64,000 nt of DNA from Raillietiella orientalis (taxonomy: Eukaryota), in NCBI GenBank assembly GCA_036172245.1, contig JAYWIR010000021.1, positions 186,001-250,000 on the forward strand. The letters are read 5' to 3'. Shown one piece after another: positions 1-11,859 of the stretch (the first letter of the stretch is position 1; the number at the start of each line of letters is the position of its first letter). Below the pieces are notes generated by a model. That model worked only from the letters and a program-made list of their open reading frames with translations. It was not told the DNA's origin and made no database searches. Position numbers and translations under genes: made by a program.

Positions 1-3000
1 TATTTTAAGGGGATATCCTCTCCTCTTGAAATACGAAGTTTTTGTTCTTGTAGGCACTTGTGAAGTGGCGCTCGTGGAATACATTGGACATTTTGTATTC
101 CAAGGAAGTTACCTGCTGACCCATTATGCTGAACTTATTATTATGTTGTGGCCAGGTGGAACAGTGGATGTTGAACCGCGATTGCTGTGTTTCCAAAACC
201 GTCGGCCAGCGTTCACCGTTGATGAAACCGCGAAACCTTCGGAGTGCCTTCAACACGTTTTGCACTGTTAAATTTGCACGCCCCACATGCTAATTGGAGG
301 TACTTTCGGCTGTAATCTTACCTCTTGGAATCTTTTGGGGGCTTTCAAATTATGCTGCTGTTAATCGGCACTTTTTCTGTTTTGGAGTTTTGCCTTTTCC
401 ATGTCTTTGACAGCTGTCTTCTACAGGTGAAGGGTGCAGCGACTTTGATTACTTTATCATTGTGTCTGCTGCCCATGTGGAACTCCAAGGCTTTTTTGCT
501 TTCATCTGAAAACGGATGAAAATTCCGGATCTCTGATTTGCCCATTGATATGCAAACAAAATGATTGAATAGCATGCAGCTGCAGCATCGGAAGAAACTG
601 AATTTACGAAATCACGCTCGAGGAAACACTGGCTGTTTTGTTCGTATGTGATTTGTTCACCTCTGTTTCTTTGGCACACCTTTCGCTTGCAAGCATCATC
701 AATCATTCCAGGTGCAATCTGCTCTTGGAGAGAACTGTCTCTTCTGGCGGCTTTGTGCAGAATCAATTCACTTGGGATTCCTCTTTTCCTCTCTCCCCTC
801 GTGCTGGGACACTGAAAGCCTCGAGCGCCACATTTCGTTCGTTATCTGATGCATGATGAAAGTTCACTGCAGAATAACTGATTGATTACTTATCAACTTA
901 CGGAAACGAATGCTGTCGACCATTCCTACCAGATTTCATGGTGCAGAAGCCATGGACCGGTTTCTCTGGTTTGCTTGTTTTCCCAAGTGCCTCATTCGAG
1001 ACGGAAAGTCCTGGATGCTTTTTGCAGCCAGGAATCTTGGTTGAGGAATTTCTTTCTGTAACTCCTCGTCAGCCAGCAGGCAGTGATTGGAGGCAGCCTT
1101 CACAGGATGCGGTGAACCCTCCATCCTGAGGAAAATTGTTTCCTTTCTGCAGCATGGAACAAGCGCTTTCCAGAGTCGCCGAAAGAACGTCCGCTTGGTT
1201 CAAACATGGGTTACGCTTTCGTGTCTCAGTGGGGAGTGTTTTCGAACGAGAAACATAAATTGCACTTTCGATGCAAAGCACCATTTGGTATCAAGCAATT
1301 CATGTTCTGAAAGAAGGATCTTCTGAAAAGAAACAGCTCTTTCCTGGGAAAAGCAGTGGATTCTTTTACATTCGTCTTGCTTTAGAGCTTCTTCGAGGCC
1401 CTCGGATGCTCTTTGGTATTTTTCTTACACTTGAAAACAAATTAATCGTCGGTGCGAGTGCAATACGGATGACATTATAGCTTTGAAATCGTCTGTGGCA
1501 TCCTTATCTGTGAGTGGAATCGATTGCTGCATTCCCATGTGCTGTCCATTCCCAGTTGTGCTTAATTTCTGTGCGTGCGTGTCGTGCATTACATATGACA
1601 GATAGGAACGTCCCGGAACGATTGCCGCTCCCCCCTCGACTGATCTTGAGGGAAATCCGCTGCTCGGAAGTAAAAACTGCGTCCATGGACCAGCAGTTGG
1701 AGGAGGAAGTCAAACACGGGAAAGACAAGGACAGGCTTTCCTGCTGTAGCATCGGCTGGCTGTTTCCTTCTTGCCGAAGGTTTCACCAGGAGCTCTGGAA
1801 TGGTTCCCGGTAGCCAGACGAGCTAACTGTTGGCCTATTGGTGGACTGCCAATTGGAGTGGGGCACTTGCGCAATAAGTGCCGCGTTGCTGGTCACTCTC
1901 ATGACTGAGCAGAGAACTGCGTCCACTGAGAAGTGCAGCAATATTTCCTCTTTTCAGTAAGTCCGACACGTTTTTTACATTGCACGCGGCACTGTCGCAC
2001 AGAGCCGTCGAGAACACACCGAAATGGTGTGCTTGAGATTCGCGCATTCTCCATCACACTGATGTGTACTCTGCCTTTATTAGAGTCTCGTGGCCTTGCG
2101 TCCACTAAGGACTGGAAAATCATCGGACGGTTCTTTGATCCAAGAAGGAAGAAAATCATCAGAAGCCACATCTGTGCCTCTGCGTACTGAGCCTCTACGG
2201 TACGCAGAGGCACAGTCATCGAGCCACACGGTCCCATCACTCATCCTGAGTTTGCCGGCGCGGAGTAGTCGACTTGCAAGTGGAAATCCGTCATGAAGAA
2301 TGGGGGAACCATTCAGAGCAGTTGTCCGTGGGAAGAGGCAACTCGAGTTCTCGTGATGGCAATTATCACGCAGTTATTCAAAATGCCACGCGGATTTTAC
2401 TTTTTCCTGAATGTGTGGATGCTCAATGGGAGGGTGCGGCACCTCTCCAGTTTTAGGAAACCACAGTCTGCACTGTGGGAATCCAACTCCTCTTTTCCTA
2501 GAAGCATCCAGCAGCTATACTTTTGTTGTTTTCAAATAAGGTCCTCGTGGATATGTGAGTCCATGAAATGGAACTGAATCTTGCTTTCGAATCCGATTGA
2601 CTTCGGAGTCGGCCTTCTCAGCATCAGCCTTCCAGCAGATACTGCGCACCCGCCTTTCTTAGTTACCGAAGAAAGAGAACGCAGCTGAAGGAGTCTTCGT
2701 TGAAGTCAAAATCTCACGAGGAATGCACATGCAAATACTTCCGCTTTGATAACGTGTACTTCTGGAATCTGCGGGAAGAAATACACACTTCCAAAGGGCA
2801 TGAGGAATTATCCACAAATTCAAAAACTTCCTCAGCATCCATGCAGGAGGCACCAATTCTACGGACTTGAGCTTGGCATGTCCAGATCTAGTTTTCGAGA
2901 GGAGGTGATGCATTTCAGTCGCTTTAGTAGTTTTCTTTCGTGCGGCACATTTCATTCCGATTCTCGATCCCAGGTGATTCGACTCCATGGATCTCGTCGT

Positions 3001-4860
3001 AGCGGATGCCCAAATGCCCACGCGCCGAGAGGCTGTGATCGGCGTGCCGAAAGACTAGATTTCTTCGGCTCCCTTCGGAGCCAATGGCTCTCTATCTCCG
3101 GCCCCAGGGTAGCACGTCTCGTTACATCTACCTGCTCTTGGACGATGGGCGCACTCTGAAGGAGAGACCGCTGGTAAGCGTGATGTGCGCCTACGCGCAC
3201 GAGCGCAACCTGCTAGCCAACGGACCTGGGATGGAAGGCTCGTCGGATCACGTCTTTCCCGATGAGCGCCTGCTGTCGCGGACAGGGCGGAGAGGGAAAA
3301 TGCCACCGCGTCTGACCATGTCAGGCTGGAGCCCTAGCTTCCCCTCCCCCGGCAAGGGGCCTCCGAACAACGCCTGGAGGATGTCGGCAGACCGGCTTAG
3401 CCATCCGGAGGCGGAGACACGGCATCTCTGTCAGTTCCTCCGAGGCTTCGTCGCCGGTAAGCTCGCAAACTGCGACGATCTGAAGAGATCGGTCCGCGAG
3501 CTCTGATGCCGGTTCCCTTTGCCCTGGCTTCCGCGCAGCTTCCGGGAAGCATCGGGCAAACATCGGAGATTTTCTGCAGGCCCGCACTTTCTCCAGACGC
3601 GCGGACGTCCGCTGCCTCGCTGAGTGCGAGGCGAAGGCCGAGCGCAAGGTCTGGAGCCGCCCGTCTGCCCGAAGGCCACGAACAGGAATGCTCTGCTCCA
3701 ATCGACTATTCGCCGTATACTGTCAGCTGCTACCACGCCCTACACAAAAGACATTTTCCGTCGCCTCCTGATGCGGAACGCCCTACCAGCAGCCGTGTGT
3801 GTTGCAGTCCTCTGCTACGTACGTGGAATACTGGAAAAGTGGAAGGCATCGAGGAGAGAACATAGAATCCGGAACACCATTCACTGGGCAGTCCTCTCCA
3901 TGGAGAGGGCTTGCCGATGGCGCCGGTTAAGGGCAATTCAACCGGCACTTGTCCGCATCCGAAACCGCATGCAGAGGACTCCTCCCGGCGAACAGTGATC
4001 CCATCCCATAAAACTTTGTCCCCCCGGCATTTTTGCTTTTTTCTTTTTCTTTCTTTTTGTTTTGGTTTTCCCGTCCCTTTTGCCCGTGGAGAGTACCACA
4101 CCGGCCAGCGGGTCGGTAAGGGTAAGTGAAAAAACACTGCCAGAACCATGTGTTCTGGAAGAAGCTATGCCCAAAAGACTAAATTTCGATATAACAAATT
4201 ATGTATAATTTTAAAAATAAAAGTCCCGGTTTATCCGTGTGAAAAAACCACCCCCCACTGTACGCTGAGGCGCCCACGGAAAGCAATGCCTCGGAGCTGC
4301 TCGTGTCTCAGGATGACCCCACCGTCAGCGTGGAGGAACGCACACTCGACAAGCCCTTTATGAAGGAATAAGTTTCAGGGCTCAGGAGACGGAAGGCATC
4401 AGGTAAAGAAAGCTTGATTGCGGAGTTTTTTCAGTGCTTCGCGGCAGATCTCGTCTTCCTGGTGTTAAGTCTTTCGGAGATGATGATGGAGACGAGTGAT
4501 GTGCCGCCTCCTTCCGCTCAGCCAACGTGCGTCTCCGGCTGAAAGGCGGAAATCTGTCTCTAACATCTGACGCCCAATCACCATGGTGAGTTCGAAAGTC
4601 ACGTTGTTCTCGAAGCTACGGATCGCGCGGCTTGGAAGAATCGCAGAGTCCTTGGTGAGTCCGGAGCAAATTTTCCTGTTCCCGGGCAGGCGCAGATCTT
4701 CTGTTCTTGCGGACATGGCGTCAACTGCAGTATCGCGTAACTCTGGATGCCAAGAGGCATCCACAGTTGCAACGGATTGCTGTCCCTAGTTACTCGCTTG
4801 CGTATCTACAGAGAGCAAGGCGAGGCGCCAGGTGCCCTAGCAGTCGCGGTCGATCTACAT
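1..4860 (-). mobile_element. Decayed Ty3/Gypsy gag-pol remnant, interrupted by a LINE fragment at ~3030-4248
   Basis: Degenerate motifs occur in Gypsy order on the minus strand: gag-like SFENNVTFELTMVIGRQ (~4600); RT-like LARLATGNHSRAPGETF and LLVHGRS (1650-1830); RNaseH-like IYVSRSKTLPTETRKR (~1230); integrase-like DKVIKV...RQLSKT (~430) and MGRANLTVQNVLKALRR (~270). Many stops and frameshifts. Confidence 0.6.
3030..4248 (+). mobile_element. L1/Tx1-like LINE 3' fragment (family A, copy 1)
   Basis: The C-terminal peptide KDIFRRLLMRNALPAAVCVAVLCYVRGILEKW aligns with the copies at 5032-5418(-) and ~62770-62930(+). It ends CAGTGATCCC, then a T-rich UTR, AATAAA and GTGAAAAAA. Confidence 0.7.
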
Positions 4861-4871
4861 AAGGCGCTCGA

Positions 4872-5720
4872 TTTTCACCCGGATTTCGCCGGGTCGTTTA
4901 TTTAAAAATAAACTTTACAAAAAGATTTCCGTAGGTGCAGCAATGCTCCAGCCACGCACGAAGAAACACGGAGCCTGCCGGGTCACCGGTTCGCAGACCG
5001 GTACGGTCCACCAAGGCAGCAGGGGGAAAAACTAAAACCTAAACAAAAAGAAAAAAAAGAGTGGAAGGGTACGGGAAGGGATCACTGTTGCTGCTGGGGC
5101 CGCATCATCCTTCTCAGGATGCCGACAAGCCCTTCCTGCATTAGCGGATCCAGGTGGGGCCATCCTTAGGAATTGGGCGGCGCACTGGATGGCCTCCTTA
5201 TCGCGTGGTCCTCCCGTAGCCGTACTCCATGCGGCGACGATCCCGCGAAGGCAGCACAAGGCAGCTATCGAGGCCGCTGGCCGAAGGGCGTCGGCAACGA
5301 AGAGGGCTTTCAATGCGTCCCTGGGGTTGCCGCAGGGGATTCCGATGGCCGCGGCAAAGCGGAACCAAAGGCAACACAATCCACAAGCAGGTGGGGGAGG
5401 GACTCCCGTTCTCCGCACCTAACACAGTTGGGATCGACCGCTCCCCAGGTCCAGTGGTGTCGGTGGGCGTTGCAGGGGAGTCCCCAGTGCTGCAACAGGA
5501 GAGCCGACTCCTGCCATTTTAAGGGGAGGGTAGAGGTGTTCATTAGTACCGGGGGCCACTTCAGACGTTCAATCGTAACATCGAGCAGCGCGCCCCAGCG
5601 CAGAAGTCCATTGGGAGGCGTACTCGGGGTCGCAGCGTCTGTTAACTGGCCCGTCTTCCACTCTCCCTGCTCCTTCTCCTGTCGACTCTCGACTGCGTCA
5701 TTCAGGAACTCCTTCTAAAG
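4872..5720 (-). mobile_element. L1/Tx1-like LINE 3' fragment (family A, copy 2)
   Basis: Encodes the zf-RVT-type motif WGLPCNAHRHHW...CVRCGERESLPHLLVDC. The 3' end reads AAATAAACGACCCGGCGAAATCCGGGTGAAAA. Confidence 0.8.
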
Positions 5721-7011
5721 CTCTGGGAACGCCTTGGTCTCCTAGAACACGTGCTTGTCTACTTGCGCTCCTGTCGGGATAGCACGTTAACCTGCATTTT
5801 TTTCAGAGATGCCACGCACCTCCATCCCGTGCGCAGAGGAATCAGGCAGGACGACAGCTTAAGCTTCCTGCTCTTCAGCATTTACTTTGAGTTGATATTG
5901 AAGGAAAGTTCAGCTTGACGCTTGTCAAACTGCCCAGCTCTTGCCTGGGCATGCCGTCCGTGGCCACCTGTCCGTACCACCTGCTTCTTTTGTTGCCCAT
6001 GTCACCCCAGGCGGCGGTACTCGAAGACTTCTTCGAGCTTATCTGTTGGAGAGCGGGAGTGAGCGTTAGCAGAGCAGACAAGAGCATGGTCGCCCCTGTG
6101 GGTGTGTCGTGGAAAAGAAAGTTCGAATGGATCCTCCTGGGGATCCCCACGGGCAGGTACTTCAATTATCTTGGTCCCGTTGAATGACTGCTGCTCTGCA
6201 GAAGCGTGGTCGGACTATCTTCAGAAGACTGAGATGCCTTTTGGCCCGCTCCTCGATGGCAAGTTCTTCTTGCCGGAACGGGATACCACCTGGAACACCT
6301 TTGTTGCCCCCTTCTCTGCCTCTTGTCTTTTGTCTTTTCGGCTCCTTACTCGGTGAAGATCCGGGAGCATCGCTAGCTGAGAAAAGCTCTGTATAGCGCT
6401 GCAAACTCCCCAATCCTCCTGAAAGACTTGGTGGAACCGCGTCAGGAGACTGTCTTAGGCATCCTTACGCTGGAGAAAATAGGACTGCAAGTGCAGTTTC
6501 GAATGCCGGCACTCGGGGCCAAATTGTGGACTTCCTTGTGATGTGCGCCTGAGCTCCTCATCCTTTGGCATTACGTCGGTAGCGAAGGACTCTTATCGCT
6601 GCTGTCATGCTGCCGATACGGACATTTGACTTCCCCCTCTGCAACCTGTCTCGATACTGGCAACCCACTCTTTTCTTTCTTCCAGTAACTCGGAAGCGTG
6701 ACGGCACGGAACTTTTTTCTCCTGGACCTCCACATTTGCATTCAGCCCAGGAATACTATGTCCCCTGAGTTCCTTCCACATTCTTACATTGGGAGATATT
6801 CTGCAGGATTCCAAGTCTGCCCGACACCTCCCTGGCCGCACTGCTGTCTTCGCTAATGGCAAGCAACGACGTTGCCTACCAGTGGGGTGGGAGATCTGCA
6901 CCATTGCAGGAAGAAACAAACGCCTGGGCAGCTCGACGCCTATTGAGCTGGTGGATGCCGTCACTTTCGGCAATTATCGGCATTAGCAAGAGAAGGGGCT
7001 GTTTCGGTGGA

Positions 7012-7850
7012 GCGATCTGTGAAATGTGCCCTCCGAAGAATCTGCTTCCCTCCCTTCCTTTCCTGTCCATGCACGAGCACTTCCGTGTTCCCCTTGAAGT
7101 GAATTCCCACAGGATGTACTGCTGTTTCTCCGCTGGGGTCTCCACTGCAACCAGCGTAGGAGCCTCGTTCCTGGGGGAGTTGCGTCCCCCAAACCGTTTG
7201 GGGCGCGGGGCGATTGGATCGCTCCCTCACCTGCTCTTGGACTGCAGTGCCCTCCAGGAACTTTGGCGGAGGCTGACTCAGCACTCCTGAGCGCTGAGGA
7301 TGCTGCTAAGGGCTTGCTGCGGCCATCCTCTGCGAGAAGTGAAGTCACGACAGGCGCCGTGATGGCGACGACATGCTGCATCCGTGCCATCATCATAGCC
7401 CACCATTTGTTGGAGCTTCGGGCGCAGCGAATGGCAGCCGACTGTGTGAGAAAGACCGCCAGCCGGACTCACCTAGAAGAAGACGTCAGCAAGGAGATCG
7501 CCTGCATTCGGCGTCGGTTTTATAAAGAAGGAATGACCCCTGTCCTCATCTTCCCTTTATATTTTTTTGTATATTTATTTTTCGATTCCTCCCCTCCTAC
7601 TCGTTTCGGACTTCTCCCGGTTTTTCAAGAGGAGGAAGGAGTAACGCCAAAGGAGAATGGAGAATGGAGAATGGGGACGAGGGTCCCGATTCCCCATTCT
7701 CTTTCTTTCCTTCTTTATTGCCTGTCCTCGTCCTCCCGTTGCAGACTTTCCGAAACCTCGGCCTGCGTGCCGGTGGACCCTCCCAGTAAACTTCGTCTTT
7801 TTGTTCCTGGAGCTGCCTTCCTCCCAACTTGTTTGTTTATCTTTTTACCT
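7012..7850 (+). mobile_element. LINE 3'-end derivative (family A-related subfamily), near-identical to 61130-61915
   Basis: QDVLLFLRWGLHCNQRR and SLPHLLLDCSALQELW match the family A zinc-finger region. Direct nucleotide identity with the 61.1-61.9 kb copy is visible. Confidence 0.85.
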
Positions 7851-8926
7851 GTTTGCTTGCTGTTCTTTTTCTTGGCAAGTTGCTAGGACGGATTCACATC
7901 ATCCTCGCTCCATGCTCGGAATCTCTGCTATTCTCTTCCGAGGTATGAATTGTGGAGTTGCCGTATTCTCCAACAACCGCGAGTCATGGAATTTCGTCTC
8001 AGGGCACCATACCTGAATGAACACGGTTGAGCTGCAGAATTTTCATTTACGCAGATCTAAGATGATGCACCACAAAGTCGCTCGTTGCTCGCGGGGGTGA
8101 ATGCAGAACTGACCGAACCACGAATTTCCTGTCGTCTCGTCGCCCAATTATGCAAACATCTCACCGACACATTTGAAGTGCACTTGACAAAGGTCACGGA
8201 GCCAACTTTAGCCACCAATTTTGCGGTATCTGACGTGTCTCCTCGAAAGTGACTGCAGATTTTGAGAAGCGGAGTCCCCCTGACAACGCAAATGAATGCT
8301 CCATGAGTTCTCTTTCTGTGCGGCAAGAGGAAACTCTCTGTTGTTTCCTCTTCGAGGCACGTTTTTCAACAGCGCAGAGCGCACAGTTCCGGCCCCTCTC
8401 TTCTCAAAAAGAAATGTTGGTCGTGGCTTGTTGGAATGTGCATGTGTACATTGCAAGCGATTGCAGGGTGAACTGGTGTACAAGCCTTTGGCTATGGCAA
8501 TCGAAACGGTTGAGGGGCATGCAGCAGCTTTTGCAATCAGCTCCAGTCGGAACCACAATCGTCCTGCTTCTTCCATCTTAGGTGCGAGAAGAAACAAACG
8601 GGGTGCAGCAGCTATGCAAAATTGCTCTTCGTCGTGGTCTGAAGGTCTTCCAACTCTTTGCCAAACACATGACAAGATTTCTGGATGCCACTTCCTAATC
8701 TAAGCTACTTCCACATTTCTGGGATTGAGAAACGCCGTGTTGCGACTGCCACGGTGGAAGGATTTAAAGGATTTTTGCGTTGCTCACGAAAACAAGGTCG
8801 TCAATACCTAGAAGGACCAGGCTACTTGTCTTACACTATTTTTTTTTTTCTTTCTGTCTCTGACTAATTCTTGAAGCCCTGTCGAACGACTGAAGCCCCT
8901 CCCTGGAAATCCATAACGACTGCTAA

Positions 8927-9900
8927 TGCTACGTTCCCGAATGGCTTTACTAGAAAAACAAGTCCGCGTCGGAGGCCATGTGGTCACAGTGTCCGCGCGT
9001 GGGACCAAGAGTCATGGGTTCGAATACTCGACAAGAATCGACGCCGAGAGATGCGTAGTGAGTTCGAATTCCTCCTGCAAGATGACGCTGGTTGTCCTGG
9101 ATTCATTCGGTTGTGGCACTGGTAGCGGTTCAAACCGGATGCCCCCGATGAGTGGGCAGGATCGGGAGTCGACCCTCCTGGGTCCTTCCAGGAAACGGGA
9201 TCCCGTTGTGCAAAAAAGCGCCCCCGCCCCCCTTCGGGGAAAGACCTCCGTCTCGTACCATGGAGATGGTGGATTGATGATACCTCTCCAGCGTGCAAAG
9301 AAGCGTGCCGCTCCCTTCGGGGAGCGCCCTTGTGAAAAATTTCGGAAGCGTTCCTTCGGGTTCTCTCCGCCCTGGTTGTTTCCTAAGGGAACCCCGAAGG
9401 AAATCTCCTTCCTTATTCTTTCCGGAGGGATCCATTTTTCCTTCTCCGTAGAGGACCCGGAAAGGATCCACTATTAGGAATTGCTTCTCCGTTGAAAGGC
9501 CGCAAGGGAGCCGCTCCTGTTTGCTCTTCTGAAGAGAACCCGAAGGAACGCTTCCGAAACTCAGAAGGGGGGCTGCAGCTTCCCGCAGGAAATCGCTCTC
9601 GCTTGCTTCCTTGTGCACTCTGTGAAGAGGTGACGACTCGGAGGGACCCCCCCGCAACGGGGAGGGTCCGCTCCTTTGAACAACTGGAGAGTTGCCCGTG
9701 AGGGCTCCTGCTCCATCTTGAAACCGGCGGGATCCCCCTGTGACGGGGTTCCGCTCTTCGTGGCACGACCGGAGGGGGAACTCCCCACTCCTTTATTCCT
9801 GGGAGGACCCGAAGGTCAACTCCCATTGTTCCGACCTCCATCGGGTGCCTCCGGCTTTATTCACCGCCGGTGCCACGCCCGAATGATTAGGCTGAGTCGC
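8927..9900. repeat. Two inverted, tail-to-tail copies of unclassified repeat family B (~8927-9370 +, ~9375-9900 -)
   Basis: 9340-9366 is the exact reverse complement of 9533-9559. The block CCGGATGCCCCCGATG...GGGAGTCGACCCTCC recurs in inverted form at ~9810-9855. Homologous to 54236-54985 and 61985-63380. Confidence 0.8.
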
Positions 9901-11859
9901 ATACGATACTTGAACTGCTTCACAAGTTCAGATGCCAAGCACGGGGGCGAAGAAGATCGTCATGGTTGCTGCGGGAACGACGTCTGGGAGGAAAACGTGC
10001 TTAGGGATCTCTCTTGTTACTGAGGCATCTTTGTGCTGTTCCCTTTGTCTTCTTCGATAAGAAAGTCTGCGTAAATGCATAGGTTAAATATAAGCAGTTT
10101 TTTTTCTCTCTCTCTCTCTTTCCATCTCAGAACAAATCCACATCCGTATGTAGTTATGCTGCTCGTGCCTGTTGTGCTCATCATGTTCTTTGTTAATCCC
10201 CACACTGATTATCTTGAATTTCTAACTTTTCTTGCTTATACCTGTTGATTAGAAAAAAAAAGCACATGAAAAAAAACACACAAAGCTCAGGGTGGTCGTC
10301 ATCAAATGTTCCTTGTCTTTCAGCCCATCCTTTCAGTTTCCGAATGCAATTGAGGAATTCACATTTTCTCATGCTGTTCTGTAGGATCGGCGTTTTCATA
10401 AATGGATGAGCAATGCGGGCACATAACGGTTGCTTTGCTTTCAGTTTTCCGTGTATTCTCCAGTCGTTAGGATGCCTATGTTGAGCTTCGAGATGGATCC
10501 ACCAGCATCTCTCCATTGACTGGAATGTACCGCGGTGATCATAAACCTTACTCAATCATCACTTTGGAAAACTCCGTTGGGATCAAGCACTGTGCAAACG
10601 AGGAATCCGCAAGATCTGCTTTCAAAGTCAGCGTTACTATGGGTAAACGTGTTCTTTTTCTAGTTGCTTTGCTAGTGATTCAGCCTGGCATCTCGTAGTT
10701 CATAAAGAATTGCACGCTTCCTGCATGCGGAACTGCCCAAACCACGTAAGCTGCCAAACGTGACCTTGCGCAGAATCACCGTCTGATTCCTATTCGCCTT
10801 ATCCCAAGGAATCGCACGATCCCAGCATCCCACGGCAAACAGCCGCTGCTCTGCAGCCCGGGGTCCACTCCACTGTCCATGGAGGATCCCATGGAAGATC
10901 AAATCGCCCCGCTAGCACGCATAGCCTGGTCACTCGTAGTTTCGCTCTTCACTAGCACAATGTTCTGTGTCAGCTTCCAGCAGAGAGCCACAAGCTTTCC
11001 TTTCCCTGATTAGGAGGTTAATCATCCTTGGCTTCATGTGCTAACAGGTACTGTTCCATTTTACTTTCCTGTCTGTTCATCCTTGAACACCAAATGAACT
11101 CTGAAAATGCCCACTTGAAATTGCTCACGTGCCGCACAGCACCACGTGAGCTTTCCTGGAAAACGCTCTCAGCAAAAGGCTGAGCACCCAACTTGTTGCA
11201 CTAGATTTTTACCGTAGCAATCCACTCTTGTGCCTCGGTTTGGACAATCGGATTAAATTACGTGCAATTTTTCGTTGAAAAGATCAAAGGTCACGTTATG
11301 GACGTGACCGTTAATTTCGGAAATTTCCAAATGTTTCAGCATCTCTCAAGGGAAAAAGGTCGAAAAGGTTTCCATGGCAAGGCATTTTTATGCTTCCCAT
11401 GGAGAGCATAAAAATAGCTTCATGTGTATGAAATCCACTTCTCCGGATGCCATTCCTTGCCAAAGACCTCGGGACCATTTGCCGGTTCTTTGTCAGTCGT
11501 TATTTTACATTCCATCACACCTTTCGGTGAGCTGAGCAATGCATCTGCTTTCAGCCACGGTGCCTCACCTCCCATCTGCCCCCAACTCGAAGAGAAATAA
11601 ACAGAGTCCAACTTGCAGCAAACCCACGACAACGAAATCCGGTGGTTTTTATTCCAGGTAGGAGTCACCACGAATGTGTCTCTTCCCTCGCGTAGAACCA
11701 CGCAGACAGCTCGTCGAGGAGCCATCGCTGGATGAAAGATATCAGACTACGGACAATAAAATGGTGCGTTTTTTCGCCGCCTGCCAGTGAACACTGACTC
11801 ACTGGGAGCGACACCTTTGATGAGTCCGTTTCTCGTAAAGCCGCCATTCCTCTCACCTA

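Larger units (their letters stand above)
5730..11300 (-). mobile_element. Decayed Ty3/Gypsy gag-pro-pol remnant, interrupted at ~7012-7850 and ~8927-9900
   Basis: Knuckle-like CCAAREQFQVGIFRVHL (~11120); protease-like region (10700-10900); RT-like AAPRLFLLAPKMEEAGRLW (~8580) and GSVTFVKC (~8190); RNaseH-like TASTSSIGVEL (~6950); integrase-like PRRIHSNF...TDGMP (5950-6150). Confidence 0.55.

Noticed and set aside
8965..9030. tRNA gene or tRNA-derived SINE head
   Set aside because: No convincing cloverleaf, the boxes are degenerate in the other copies, and family homology extends upstream of the boxes (GCTACGT..CCGA at ~8927 and ~63376).
11420..11856. DIRS-type methyltransferase-like domain (FVVTPTW)
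   Set aside because: One short motif only, with no tyrosine recombinase or DIRS-type RT nearby.
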